Below the pieces are notes generated by a model that had not been told where the DNA came from, did not search any database, and saw only the letters and a program-made list of their open reading frames with translations. A stretch of 64,000 bases of DNA, from assembly GCA_000320545.1 (NCBI GenBank), contig ADNK01001162.1, forward strand, positions 40,922 through 104,921. The letters are read 5' to 3'. Positions 27,430-41,224 of this stretch are shown here, one piece after another. Positions within the stretch are counted from its first letter, which is position 1. Each line of letters starts with the position of its first letter. Made by a program: the position numbers and the translations under genes. The stretch comes from Bigelowiella natans CCMP2755. Taxonomy: Eukaryota; Protista; Cercozoa.

Positions 27430-29400
27430 GCTGGTTATCATCAGCATACCTTTTTTGAATGTTTGTTGCCTTTCTTCTACGTCTTTGAGCTGCTGCTTTT
27501 TGCTTTGCCTTCAAATGGAGTTAAGGGCATGCATGCAGCATGGAAATAATGAACGATTAGCACTTCGGATTTCTCATCAAGATTTATGCAAGGAAGATGA
27601 TGATGTGACGATTGAGTTACTCTATTCCAAACCACACGGATAATGTACTTTTATACTACAACAGGAAAAATGGCGGCGCATAGGTGTGTTGTTGTATTAT
27701 GTGATTTGTCATCCCTCCCTTCTAGTACGTAGCCGTTGATAGAACGATCTATCGACGACTTTCATGGGCCTATACCACCGTGTTGAACAGCAGTCAAGCA
27801 ACACTCATGTATCATTTTGTTACTAATAATTCATATCACACCAACCAATTCTATATTGCTTTCTTTACACTCAGGAGGCACCATATCACCCGCAGTTTCA
27901 CACATTAGCTCCAGGTGCTGTTGTTGTTGTTGTTGTTGTTGCATACATGGATGTAGGAATTGTCATAATCAAATCACGTCAATCATCATTCAATCAGGCA
28001 CTACTCCATACTACTCGTTGATCTTTTCACATGCTGAGGAGGGGGAGGGTTATTATAAGTGCAAACCAACAACAGCATACACCTCTAAATTAAATTCGTA
28101 GTCGTTTTCTTCCTCCTCCCCTTCTTCATGCTCCGCCTCTGCCACCCCATAAGATTGCCAAAACCATTCGAGGCCAGCTGCAAAGATAATATATGAGTAT
28201 TGTATTGACGACTGCTTCATGCCCTTGCAAGCAGCTGTGTTTCAGAAGGTACGGATGATGACGTGGGGGAAGAAGAATAGACAACAGAGATGAGAAGTAA
28301 ATGAATGAACATCTCTATTAGTTTTATGCTGCTGCCAACCATATTCGTGTACTACTACTACTACAGTAGCTGGATGAATGAACAAATCTGTTATTTTTGA
28401 TTGTGCTGCTCCTCTATATTCGTATTATTGGAGTTGTTGGCACCCCCCCCCCCCTCCCAGCATAATAACAATTTTTTCGTTCTCCGGTATATATTGGTTG
28501 TTGTTGTTACTATTACACTGCATGCTACTGAAGTATGATGATGACTCAGCTGGAGATGACGACGACGAGGGTCTGACAATAAGAAGATGGATAGATAAAC
28601 ATAATATATAAGACTGATGCTGTGCGCAAGTAATAAGAATGAGACATAAATTCAGGCAACAACCTGCTGTTGATTTTCGTTGTTGTTATTGTTGTTTTAC
28701 TGTGACCCATCAAGAAAATTTGAGTGATCATCATTACGATAACGATCACAGAAAGAACGGTCGCCTATTTATGTAAACGAACAAATTAAACTACTACATA
28801 AAGGTTGAAAGTTGTCTCGAATAACAGCAGAGGCACTGCATTTCTTCTGTGATTTCTTATGAGATTTGTTGGGTGACGGGAAGAGTTACAAATGTTAGCG
28901 AAAGGTGTTAGCGAACTAGTGTGTATTTAAATTGGAATATAATGGCGATAATGATGATGATGATGATGATGATGATTACAGTAAATATGCGTAAACGTGT
29001 ATGAATCCTACGAGCAAAATAGGAAATGAGGGCGGGATGTTTTATGTTTGCATGTGGTGGTGCTTATTGTAGCAGTACTCTCCATCTGTAAACCCTGGAG
29101 AATAGCGAGCTCATCATGTTTTCCTGATATTCAGCCACCACATCGTCACGTCATCGTCACTTTTGTTGTTACGCATTTCTGCAAGACATCCCACCCTCTT
29201 GTAGCAAAACATGTTGTTGCATTCATGCCTTATTTGTGAGCACAGCCATTTCCTCGTCGACGGCCGTTCTATCCGGCTTTATGGCTCTCCCCCACCCTGC
29301 CCTATCCAAATGAAGATGTTCCAGTGTTATTCGCTTCGATTTATGTGGTCGTCTTGATCATCGATAATCATCATCATCATCATCATCATCATCATTATCT
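27430..29400 (-). CDS. Hypothetical multi-exon protein
   Basis: Coding-like AG/GT-bounded segments (GKHDELAILQGLQ; GLEWFWQSYGVAEAE...YEFNLE|HLELMCETAGDM). No recognised domain and the boundaries are uncertain. Confidence 0.35.
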
Positions 29401-29764
29401 ATTGCACTTCTGCCTGATTAGGATATAGTTCGCACATATTTTGGACCAACATCAACCACTTAGACTACAGCAGTTATAGTATCGGAAGAATAACCAAGTA
29501 CAACAAGCACAAAAAGCACAACAAATGCAACAAACAACCACATCATCAGACAAACTAGATCATCTTTCATTCTTCTAATATCTTAGGAACTTAGTCCATG
29601 TTTTCGATTAATCGTCATCAACTCACATGAATCGTTTCGTCTGACCGCATCGTAGTAATGTTGGAAAATTCTCCCACAAAATTTTGACATGTCACATGTG
29701 AATTGTTTCTCCAGAGTTAGTGACGCATCGTCGGACTGATCCCTCGTCCAAAATCAACATACGG

Positions 29765-30295
29765 GTCAGCCCAAACGCGGGCTGACATTCGGTCCACTCA
29801 CTTCAAAATGTCAACAAAGAGTGCAAAAACTGATGAACTTGGCGTCAGCATCAGCTGCACATTGGTGCACCTGTGCACTTGCACAGCTTGACAGCAGGTG
29901 CCTTGGCTTGTGCCTGCTTGTTTGCGTGTGCCAAGTCAGAATTTGTCGTTCTTCACACCACACGTTCAGCAAACAACACTCTTGTTACATTTCGCCCGTT
30001 CAAGCAGTCCCAGAGTCATCATGTGCAGTCTTTCGACTGGCACGTGTGTCATTGCACATTGCTGGTGCACACGTTCCACAGCTAGCATTGTCACGCTCCA
30101 GCGCTCTGGCGCTTGCTGGCTTGCTCACGTCGCAGAAGACGCACGTCATTGTTTTGCGTTGGGCAGTGTGCACACTTCATTGCTGGCCAATCATGGTGCC
30201 ACCACGTCTCGCGCTGAGCACAGACAGCAAAGCTAGAAAAGCACAACATCATTGCATCCGTCTCACAGCCACAGCGGAGACCAACAGATTCAACA
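29765..30295. other. TpA-depleted, CTAG-retaining intergenic tract 2
   Basis: About 530 bp with only one non-CTAG TA (gttac, ~29986) and two CTAG. TG/CA-rich, CpG present. Confidence 0.85.
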
Positions 30296-30563
30296 TTAGC
30301 GCTGTAGCCGCTGCATTGCGCAGCTACATTGGGGTGGCCATTGAACAAATTTAATTTGATTGATTTCATCCGTCTTACAACATCATCAATGGCGATGGAG
30401 GTCGCCGATTCGTGAAGGGGGTCTTTCCCTGCGAGATCTTAGGCACAATGCCTTCTTGCATGACGTTTTGGAACGTGTGCTTCAAAGCAAGAAGTTCTTG
30501 TCTGCCCGTGCCCATCGATCATTTTCGGCGTCGTTAGTGCATATACCAAAATGGTGTGCGGCA

Positions 30564-31895
30564 CTACTTCTCCTTTTCTTCATTCTCCGCGTGATTGACA
30601 TCTTTAGAAGAGGGTGGATCTATTGCGTTATAGAGAGATGAAAAATCACTATTTCCCAGCCCATTTCTGATGGCAGCCTTTGTGACAGCAGCAACCCCTT
30701 CCACCGAGGCAGTGAGAAGACCTTTTTTTTTGCCATCCTCGATAGCAAGATTGACATCTTTTAAGAATAGATTCGAAGAGAAATTTGTTGGAGTAAATTT
30801 CCGATCCCTCATTGCCGGGTACTTGAAGTTGTAGTATGGGCAGCTCAAGATTCCTCCTACAAATCATAAAGCAGATACAGCTATGGAATAAGTTGAAGGC
30901 AGGATGCTGATGATACGACAACAACCCTCCATCATGTTTGATCGCTAGATGCGCACATCCAAATTTTCCAATGATGAATATAGAAACTACCTTGGATGAT
31001 GTCCATAAAAGCCTTCGTGTCAAGGCCCGATCTTCTTATATATCCCAGGGAGAAAGCAAGCGCCGTAGTATTCGCAGCGAGCATTTGATTGATAGCTAGA
31101 ATAAATTAGAAACAATACAACTTATGGTATTTTGGTTTATCTTTAAAATCTGAATATCCTTTATATGTGTATTGACGTATGATTCATCATCTTCCTCTTG
31201 CCATCCATGCATACCACACACTACTCAGCTACTCACCAAAAGCTTAAATTAGTAGAACGATCTTTGTGCCTACTACCTATTTTGTATGTTGCTGAGGCTG
31301 TGATATTTCCTAAATATTTCACGGTTCCCCAGATCGATAGCAGGTGGGACAAGTTTTTGACGGTTTTTTCCTTCCGAGCACAAGCCATGATAAGCAGGGA
31401 TCCCTTTTGTACATGTGGTACAGAACCTGATACAGGACTTTCCACGTACGTCCCGCCACTCTCCTCTACCATTTTTGCGAATGCCTCAGATTCATCAGGC
31501 GCAATTGTGCTCATGTTGATAACAGTCTTTCCTCTAATACTTTCTAGTACTCGAGGATTGCCAAGAACTGCTTGGATAGCCTTACATGCAGAGAGCATGA
31601 TGAATACGATATCCCCCCCATCCCTTACAGCAGCATCTGGCGTACTGAAAACCTTCGCGCCCTTCTCTTTAACTGGATTACATTTTGATAATGTACGATT
31701 CCACATCGAAACGGAATGACCGTTCTCAAGCAATTTGATTGCCTACAAAAAGTTAGGCATCCCTCAGCTCCTCCTGTCTAGCAACATCATCCATACCAGC
31801 CCCTCCCACACACAAATCACCATTGGAATGCCCATTGCGCCTGCCCCTATGAAGGACACTGCCAAATTCTTCGATGTTTCAGTACTTGAGGCCAT
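30564..31895 (-). CDS. NAD(P)-dependent beta-hydroxyacid dehydrogenase (3-hydroxyisobutyrate dehydrogenase / glyoxylate-succinic semialdehyde reductase family), 4 exons
   Basis: Rossmann motif FIGAGAMGIPMA, WNRTLSKC, INMSTIAP, ESPVSGS, catalytic K in ATYKIAINQ, C-terminal F..NLFLKDV.LA. An upstream leader exon is possible. Confidence 0.9.
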
Positions 31896-32429
31896 TATGA
31901 ATCTTTCGGGATATGGTGCTGGTGCTGTGGCTGTGTTGTCAAATCCATCAATCATCACGTGCAAGTATGATGCACCCTATTTCTTGCACTAAGTTCATTC
32001 ATTCTTTGTCGCCCACTGAAAAAACAAGTCTATTACCGAATTGCTAAACTGCTTCTCATTGTTCCTTGGTTTACGTTGTCGCAGTGCTAAAATCACCGGT
32101 GATTTTTGAGGCGGCCTGTGAGAATGGAGTCTCTTTAACAACGACCATTCATATTCCAGACACTACGCAGCAGGGCATTAAACATTCAAGAAGGTTTACC
32201 ACCACCTAGCACCAATAGCAGCAGCACATCAAAAGAGTGTCATTACTTCGTCGTGAAGCTTACAACAGCATAATTGCGGTGAGATAATATAGAATGTGCC
32301 GGCAAAGTAGTTCGACGACAAACACAAGAACGCCTGCCGTAGAAAGATTCTCTCTATCTCTCCTCTCCCCCATCTCTCCCCGCTCTCTCCTCACTGGATC
32401 ATAAACATCTTCTGCTTTTGATTTCAGAA

Positions 32430-35400
32430 ATGGGTAACTCGGTTGATGAAGCACGAAGGCGACGTAGTTATCGTCATCGACATAACGACAAACATCACAT
32501 GGACAATAATAGCACCAACTGCAGTGGCAGTGGCAGTGGCAGTGGCAGTGGCAGTTGGATCACATCAAAACAAGATGGAAATCTTGGCATGCTTCAGGAA
32601 TATTACAATCGACACCTCGTCACCCTACCTGCGAGCCCTCGAAGAAAGCAAATAAAATGGTTGTGATAAGCATGTTGCTTCTGATTCTCGTATCTGCTAC
32701 ATTTTGTTCACTCTACTGCTCAATTCTTTTCGCTATATCTCGAGCAGGTTTCACTGGAATAAGCCTGTGGCTGATCCTCCAATTCAAGAGGGATGGGGCA
32801 TTGAAAGGGTGCCTTAAGTTTCTTGAATGTTACGAATCCTCCGACGAGACAATAATATGCACGTACTTTCTTCGGCTATTCTGTAAAAGAAGCTAATGCT
32901 GATTTGATCCCCTTTCTTAAAGTTTCATATATATTGCATTATCTTCTTGTTGCAACTACCCATTGTTTAATTATGAGTAGTTTGGAATCCGATTTCTGTG
33001 GAGTTCTGAGCACAAGCTTCCACGAGACCTCCAATCACTTCGAAGTCAAGGTTTTCCTCACGTGAGCAAAACAACGAGACAATTTTGATTAATATGTTCA
33101 GAAAAGCAGCGCAAACTTTTGAAAGAACCACAACAACAACATCAGCAGCAGCAGCAACAACAACAACAGCAAATACTTCATCATGATGGAAGAAGAAGAA
33201 GCAAACTCAATTGTAGTTATTTATTTATTATTGAAGTCCAACAAAAATCACAACTACTAGCACTATCAACAATACAGGTGATAGAGCTGCCGACGAACTT
33301 CTTGAAAAGCTATCAACCATGGCATCAGCAACAACAGCAGCAGAATCATCATATGATAAAAAGGAGAAGAAAAAAGGCGATGATGTTCTCACCAAGCTTC
33401 CCCGTAAGTACATAGATAAGTACGGATATCCTCCGAAGTGGCTCAAACCCGACCTTATTAATCGGTAAACTACCACTATCATCGCCAAGATTATTTCTCG
33501 CACATGATTCAAATTTAAGAGGAAGAAGAGCCAAAGAAGTCGATAAGTTGATTGTAGAAGTACTGATTTCATGTCGACGATTATCATCATCATCGTCACC
33601 ATCATCATGATCAACACACACACACGCACACACATATATATGCATGAATAGGGGTCAGGAAGTGTTCCGTCGTTACTGGCCATCATGCGTAGTGATTCTT
33701 TTCTACATCTCGTTATGCGCTGGGTTTTCAGCTCCTCTAATTAGTGATGTCCTCATTGTTACTGGTATTGTGATGATGATGATGATGATGATGATGAAGA
33801 GATGGTGCAGGTGGTAACGATGAGGATGATGATGTAATGTACCCATTTTGCTAGTGATACATTGCTTATTGTCTCGTGAGTCTAGAAGAGGCAGTAGTAG
33901 TCGACATCGTCGTTATCGTTATTGTCATGCTATAAGATGAGGAGGAGGAAGAAGAAGAAACTCAGGCAGCAGTATAAGGAATCATTCTTCGATTATTCTG
34001 AGCTTGCATTTGTCCTCTGTGTATGTCCTCATGTACGTACGAACAACTTCTTAGGATACCTCAATGGAAAGAGGATGAAGGTTATAAAAAGGCTCTTTGA
34101 GACAGGTGGTACCTTTGCTTTTTCTTGTTCTCGTTCTTCTCCTTGTATTATTATCATAATTGTTATCGGTATTGTTATTATTATTATTAATATCATTTTG
34201 ATTCAGGCTATATGATAATGGCTTGTATGATGAAGGGGGGGCTTGACAAAGGACAATTGGTAGTTGGCAACGACTTACTCGATGCAGCAAATTATAATAA
34301 CTAAATTACATATCAACAAGTCAATCTGCTAAATATTTTACAATTGATGATGTCGCAGATTCTATTGAAAATAAGGATTTGACATGTGTGGTGATGGCGA
34401 GTGCCGCTATGCATATAGTAGTTTGTAGTGTATGATTGATATTTCTGTTCTTCCAGATGTTTGTAACATGTAATGTTGATTATTGCTTCTTGTTGCATCT
34501 TTTGCATGATGAAACTGGATCTTCGATCAAGATCATGTTGCTTTCGCACTTCACCACGCACATGCTGCACGCACTCAAAACACTACCACTAATCAACATG
34601 TTTGCAACAATATCTATCTTTATTATTACCATACGACACATCATCACCATCATCATCATATGTCTGTAATACGAATTACGTCATAAAGGGATGGAAATCT
34701 GTCACACGGGTAAGATTTCTGCATGCTCGAGTAAGGAGACGGATGATGCAACGAGATAACAGTAAACGTTTACCGAAGAACGAAGAAGGACTGAAGGAGA
34801 AGAAGAAGAGTCAGGAGGAGGTGGCAATAAACCAGGAGGACATGGCGGTCACCCTGCTTGCATTCTCGTACAATGTTATCATTGGAATTGCAATCCTCAA
34901 GGTTATTATTGTTATACCTTCCAATACTCATGCCATTGGATGATTTGGTAGTAGTGCTACTGCCTCTACTACTGTTAAGCACTACTACTACTACTACTAA
35001 TAATAATAATAATAATAACAATGCTAACGCTATCTGGAGCAATAACTGTCTTGCTCAGGAAGGGAGGAAGTGCCAATATGTGATAATAGCTATATAAGAG
35101 TAGTTTGTTTCTTGTTGGTCCTTTCTAACAAGTAGGGATCCCAGCTTAAAGAAGAAGATCAAGCAGCTTATTTGCATGTGTGGAGGTACATTGGATTCCT
35201 TATAGGCATCGGTATTACGATAATAATAAGAATAAGAAGAAGAAGAATACAAATGAATAATATATCGTATTAGGTCACTTTTAACACTTTCATTTGTTAT
35301 TATCTTGTCGTTGCCATCATCATCATCATCATCTGTGTTGTATCACCTTATCATGTCATTGGTCCGATGACAATTGATGTGCTGATATTAACGCAACAGA

Positions 35401-35914
35401 TGATCAGCATAATCCTTGCAACAAAGGAATGGAATTTGCAAGAAAGCGTTTAGAATCAATTCTGATGCATGTCCTTCATCCGGACGAAAGCTCTGCAAAG
35501 CTCGTGAACCAGGTGCTGAAGGCTACGGGAACGACTTTCATGCCATATGAAGCAAGAGGCTTGGTGTTGAGGTCGCTGCTAGGTTCAGAATGGTCAGATA
35601 AATTGGAATTGCCAAGATATGAGACTGCTTCTCTCGGCGTACGACTTTGCACGTGGTGGTTTTTCACTTTCATTGGATGGTACACATACTTTTGTTCTCT
35701 TCCTTTCATCGGAAGAGCGTTCCTAATGTTCCACACTCAACTTTTAAGGTAGTTTCTCATAACCAAAAAACAGTCATTCAAATGAAAGATGGCTTTCCAT
35801 CTCGGTTCTGACATCTTGCTTTGCTGACTTCGATGTACATACAACCAGGCTGATATTGTGGATAACTCCCGTACAACTGTTTCCGCTTTCGCATCCACCG
35901 TTACCAAGAAATAA
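32430..35914 (+). CDS. ER-bound oxygenase MpaB/MpaB'/rubber oxygenase (Lcp) catalytic-domain protein (DUF2236), multi-exon
   Basis: Exons GDRAADELL, PPKWL...INRGQEVFRRY, VLIVTGYL...KRLFETG, GWKSVTRVRFLHARVRRR, AINQEDMAVTLLAFS, AAYLHVWRYIG, which are hallmark motifs of this heme-oxygenase family. Confidence 0.82.
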
Positions 35915-36882
35915 AGGGGGGGCCAAAATACTTCCTTCCTCGTGTCCATCGAGAAATAGTACAAAGATGACGCAAACATGAAAATTGCATGAAGAGAAGA
36001 AAGCACGATTCCAATAAAGCAAATGAAGTGACATACGCTATCAAGATCCGTGCCAATGCAACGTTGAAAATGACTGCGAAAATGTTGCTTGTTCCTTGCT
36101 TGCTCGCTGTCTCGTTGCTATGCATAGGAGTGATCGCTTTTGGTTGAAGGCGTGCGTACATGCATCAGCATAAATTGCAAGCTCATCATGACGTTGTCTG
36201 CACCATTATCTGTACTGTACGATACGTGGTGCGAGTGGATGCAACTATGCTCTGATTCTGTTTGTTTTGTTGCTGAATTACATCTTACACGCTGGTTGTG
36301 CTCCGATCTTGCACAAAGGAGAATCCTTCGACATTTTCCAGTGACAATCTCGATGACAACTCATTGCAACATGCTATGTAGCTAAACGTGCCTGTCTACA
36401 ATGTAGTGCATGCGCCTTCTACACTAGCTCTAGACCGGTAAAAAGCAAATAAGCAAGTTCAAAAAGAGTTACAACAAAACATGGTATATATGCACATGAA
36501 ATGCCTGTTCAGAGTCAATTTTGCGTGGTGAACAGCATGAGCGAGCTGTTGCGGTAAACCGAATCAACTTGTAGTGACAGGAAAATTTGTGTACAATAAG
36601 CGCTAGGTAAAGAGTAGCAGAGAGAGCAGGGAAATTCACCATACCAAATACCGTTTTTGGAATATGCGACAATTGACATCATAGGGATGATGATGATAAC
36701 ACAACTGATTTGACATGTGCTTGATTTGAAGCTTAAAGTTACATGCTGGTGAACAAGATTTTGGGCAACATTGTAGGTGAGATTCAAGCGCTATGTCGGA
36801 AATTAAGAAGAATAACTATTACTACAGTTTTGTCAACTCGTAAATTGTAACAGTGTGCATTTGATTTGATAGCCAAACTGTT

Positions 36883-37396
36883 CTATTTGTCTTTGAAGTA
36901 AGTTCCAGTCCTTCTCTCGCTAGCTCCTTCAAATTCTAATGCCGTAGTAATATATAATGATTTATTGATAATGATGATGATTCTTGATAATGTTAACTTT
37001 TAGAACTATCATAACCCTTGTCCATGATCTCGCAATGGCTCGATTTGGTTCACTCAGATACACTTTTCCTCCTGGTTTCACAAGACTCTAATTTATAATA
37101 CCGCACATATCAATCGATGATCACTGCATAAATTATATAACAAAGTAGTTCATGATTGCCATGTCCCTCAAATGTATATAAGAACGAGTATGCAAAGAAA
37201 CCTACTTCGCTGTTGCTACCACCACATTCACAACCATACAAATAACGAAAAACAGCTATTTTTTACCACTAATACAATCACCTTGAATGCAGCGATAAGT
37301 GGCTTAAACGCACGCTCTTCATAGGCTACATCTGATGCTGAGAGGAATTGAGTCATTCCGTCAGTCTCAAAGCACACCAAGCAGCACGAGAAGGAA

Positions 37397-37431
<35 letters not shown>

Positions 37432-39508
37432 TTACCTAATAAAACATCGAATTGCTGTCCTTGTAATACTTCAGGATACCTCCAATCCAAAAGCATTTGC
37501 CTGTAAGTGTTGTTCTTGGTGGTGATGATGATGATGATGAAATATGATATGATGATGATAATAATGATGATACGACTGATATTTCCTTACTAATACATCA
37601 ATCTTACGGTGGTTGTGTAAACAACAACTACTGCTACTACAACAACAGCTGTTACTGCTACTCCTCCTATTTCTACAACCGAGATTGCATGAGCATGAGC
37701 ATATCTGCTATAACAGTATTAGTATTAGTACCTAGGTTTCTGTGGGTTGTCCAATGATGGAGAAGAGGCATGATCATGTACGTCCTTGAGCTCATTGAGA
37801 GAAGTAGAAGCAGCTGATGGTGCTGGTGATGGGATTGAATGCTGCTGCTTCTGCTCAATTGTAGACTCCTCGTTCATCATCCATGCTATATCTAACGGCA
37901 AATTCCAATGTAACGAAGAAATAAACCAGGTGCAGCAAGAAATAATTCTTTTGATGATGACTGCTTACTCCTTTTTAACAGTATCATATATGTGGTGCTT
38001 GTGTGTGTATTGAATCTTCTGTTATATTTTTTCTTTTTACTTGCCATGTCCAAGGCCTCTTGAATATAGTCTGTTTGTAACACGGATGCACCCTGAAGCA
38101 TAAGAAAATCGACAACAACAACAAGAACAATAATATGACGATGATGATGAGAAGAATTAAAAAAATAATAATACTTATAATAATACCTATGATCATCTAT
38201 GTTTTCCTCTCTCCTCCTCCTCCTCCTCCTCCTCCTACCTTTTGTCCTGCTGTCATTGAACATAAGCCAAGGCCACACCCTACTTCGATCACTGATGTTC
38301 CTAATAGTATACACATAGGAGGACACGATGATGATGAGCACACCGCTATCATCACCATCACCACCACTACCATAAGCTATTATTCCACCAACCATAGCGA
38401 ATTTCTTCGTTTGATAAGATCTCTTCGGAGAGAGCCACTGCTGACGGCCATACCTAGGTACACCAATCGTTATCCTTCATCATTAATGTGTCCAGAGTCA
38501 ACAATCCTCCATATAATGAGGATATGACAGCAGTGGGTAGAAACCGATATATATATATATTGACCTCAATCCAGTAAGGTATGCGGTCATCCTCCAAGGC
38601 CTCACCTCTGTCGTGTCAAAAGTAAGAAAAGAACAAAGTCTTTGCAACTACACATCTAGTTCAAATTCATAGTACAATATTACCCATTTTCTATGATGTT
38701 GTCCAAAAGGTCATCCAAATTAATCACTTCAAGCAGACGATAGTGACAAGTCAGGGATGACGTATTACTGCTACCGATTTGGATCGTTTTTTCCTGAATT
38801 ATCACATGAGTAACAATAACACTTTTTTGCAGTATTTTGTTCCTAAAATGCCAACCGATAGAGTTAAACTACTAGCTTTGTAGAAAAAGAAGTTGGGATG
38901 TTACTAGTTGCACTATTAGTACTTTCAATACTCTATTCCTTCCTAATAGTGACGCTTTAACTACTTATTACCCACCCTAGTCTCCCAACCCATCTTTTTA
39001 GCCAAGGCCTGACGTAGAACATCGACATCTTTGCTACTTTCAATACAACCGGTTGTTGTTGTTGTTGCTTTCAAATAGTTGTTATTGTTGTTTTCACTCT
39101 CTGCCATCGGTGTTAATATTGTGGAGATTTTTCTCGGAGGAAGAGGCTGGTAATTACGCCGCTTTTCATATAAAGAACGATGCTCTACGAATCTTCTCAA
39201 TAGAACCGAAGCCGGATCATCAGCATAATTTCCTCTACCCCTAATCTTGATAGTATGATGTGCTCTTATTCTTCTTCTTCTTCCACAATTTTGCGGTGAC
39301 CAATGAGCTGAGTGCTGTGTCAATTCTTGGCGACTTGGAAATGATTTAAGGTTCAACATCCTTGTATACAATGGTCTACTACTCTGAAATATCGAAGATA
39401 CTTCTGCTTCTTCAGCATGGAGGTCGTGAAGATGCAGCAGCAGCAGACAAAGGGCGATGGAAACTGTTGCTAAGATGTAAATGAGGGTTGTCTTGTTTGG
39501 TACCCTAT

Positions 39509-39539
<31 letters not shown>

Positions 39540-39542
39540 CAT
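36883..39542 (-). CDS. SAM-dependent family-16 (METTL21/nicotinamide N-methylase-like) methyltransferase with bipartite plastid-type leader
   Basis: DDRIPYWIE|VWPSAVALSE, motif I VIEVGCGLGL, LQTDY, LLDWR, SASDVAYE, LVKPGGKVYLSEPNR. The N-terminus has a hydrophobic signal peptide followed by an S/R-rich segment. Confidence 0.85.
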
Positions 39543-40085
39543 GATGATGCTTATCTTCCTAGTAGATAAATCATCATATTCATATCACGGTCTCTGATGA
39601 TTATTTTTCCTTCCTTCCTTCCTAATGTGTAGAATGGAATGTTAATCCGACCACCACATGCACACGCTTGCTTGGTTCCCACAGTGGTCGTTCTTCGGCC
39701 AGTTTCGGCTTAACAAAGAGAAGTAGTAGTCATAATGTAGCGCTGTTATTTTTGATGTCGCATCTGTAGATTCCCCTATGTATCACAAAAATCGAAATTT
39801 TAAATTGAAGAGGATGAATGTCGAGAAAATTACCTAAGTTGCACGTTGATATGACGAATTTCTGTGGGGTTATGGGGTACCTGGTGCTCTCATCATGATC
39901 CTGAGGCTTTTTTTGGAGACTGTTCAAGATTCTAGTGTAAAATCCCCTTGGTTTGATGGTGTACGACTACACACAGATCTCGTCATCGATCAGTCGATCA
40001 CCGAAGCGACACCTTCATTAGACATCAGAAAGTTCCGGAGCGACGTCAACAGGGGATAGGCGCAGTGCATCGTCAGTCAATCAAG

Positions 40086-41172
40086 ATGATGACCATGATG
40101 TTCGATGACGATGAAAAGAAGTACATGGATAGTCATGAGCAAAAGCACCAGGATGAATACAATGGTTGTGAACGAGAGTCATCATCGATCGTACCGCCAC
40201 CTCGCCATCCCCTTGGATATGAAACCACCATTCTGAAGCACAGAAGGCATTTTGGAGCAGAATTTCATGAGGAAGGAATGGATTGTTGGAGAGAGCCTAA
40301 GATGTCAACAGCATTTCAAAGGCACTTGGTAGTACTTCAACGCTGCAACTAATTGATGCTGCGCCATACTCATCATCACTGTCGTTGATTCGTTGGCAGG
40401 AATATCGACGAGCAAAGCCAGCTCAAGTAGCATCACAAATATTCCATAAGATTCGATCTTTAGTCTCTCAGATCATTTCTTCCTCCTCGTCCTCGTTATC
40501 ACTTTGGCGGGGATTTCGAAAGAATCCAGGACCGTGTGTCTGGTACTTGTGCTTCTTTGCGATTCTTGGAGCCCTTCGCCTTCCTCAAGGGGGGGCAGTA
40601 TACTCTCCTGGTAATGTGATGATATATGTCATTATTGCATCGACATGGATTACTCATAAATGATTTTCAGCTAAGCACCCAGCTAGGAGCATTGGTGCGT
40701 CTGATAACACTGGTAGTGTCCAACCGATGATGATGATGACTCAAAATGCAGAAGCATTGGAGAAGGTATTAAGATTGTTTCGTGATGATATTGAGGCCTG
40801 ACTGAATGTTGATAAGTACACTCACCATGGAAAATGAAGTACATAATAGAGCTCCTGTTTTCTCTTTCACATTTGCAGCAGCAGCATCCTCATGGTAATG
40901 ACTACAAAGCGACTTCTTCTTCTTACGTTGCTGAATTGCACAAATTGCGTGAAAGCATCGATGAGATCAATTTGCGGCTAGATAATCTGAGTTGGGGAAC
41001 ACCATCTCACAAAACTGGTGCTGCTGCTGCTTTGCAAACGAATGGTTGTCATCTTCCTTTGTTCATTGAAGAGGATCACAACATTGTTGAGGGCCATGAT
41101 GATGATAGCAATGAGGACATTGAGGATGATGTTTCAGCAGTACAATCTTGGAGAAGAGGTAGCACCATTTGA
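40086..41172 (+). CDS. Hypothetical multi-exon protein with a predicted TM segment and coiled coil
   Basis: Coding-like ORFs at 40065-40352, 40385-40663 and 40834-41172 (YVAELHKLRESIDEINLRLDNL). No domain recognised. Confidence 0.4.
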
Positions 41173-41224
41173 AAATGGTCTGGCAAGATCTGCGAAGTTA
41201 GAATGATTCACTTCCGGCATTAAG

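Noticed and set aside
20586-36792. Shared ggtgagattcaag at ~20590 and ~36776
   Set aside because: A single 13-mer pair is expected by chance in 64 kb and the similarity does not extend convincingly.
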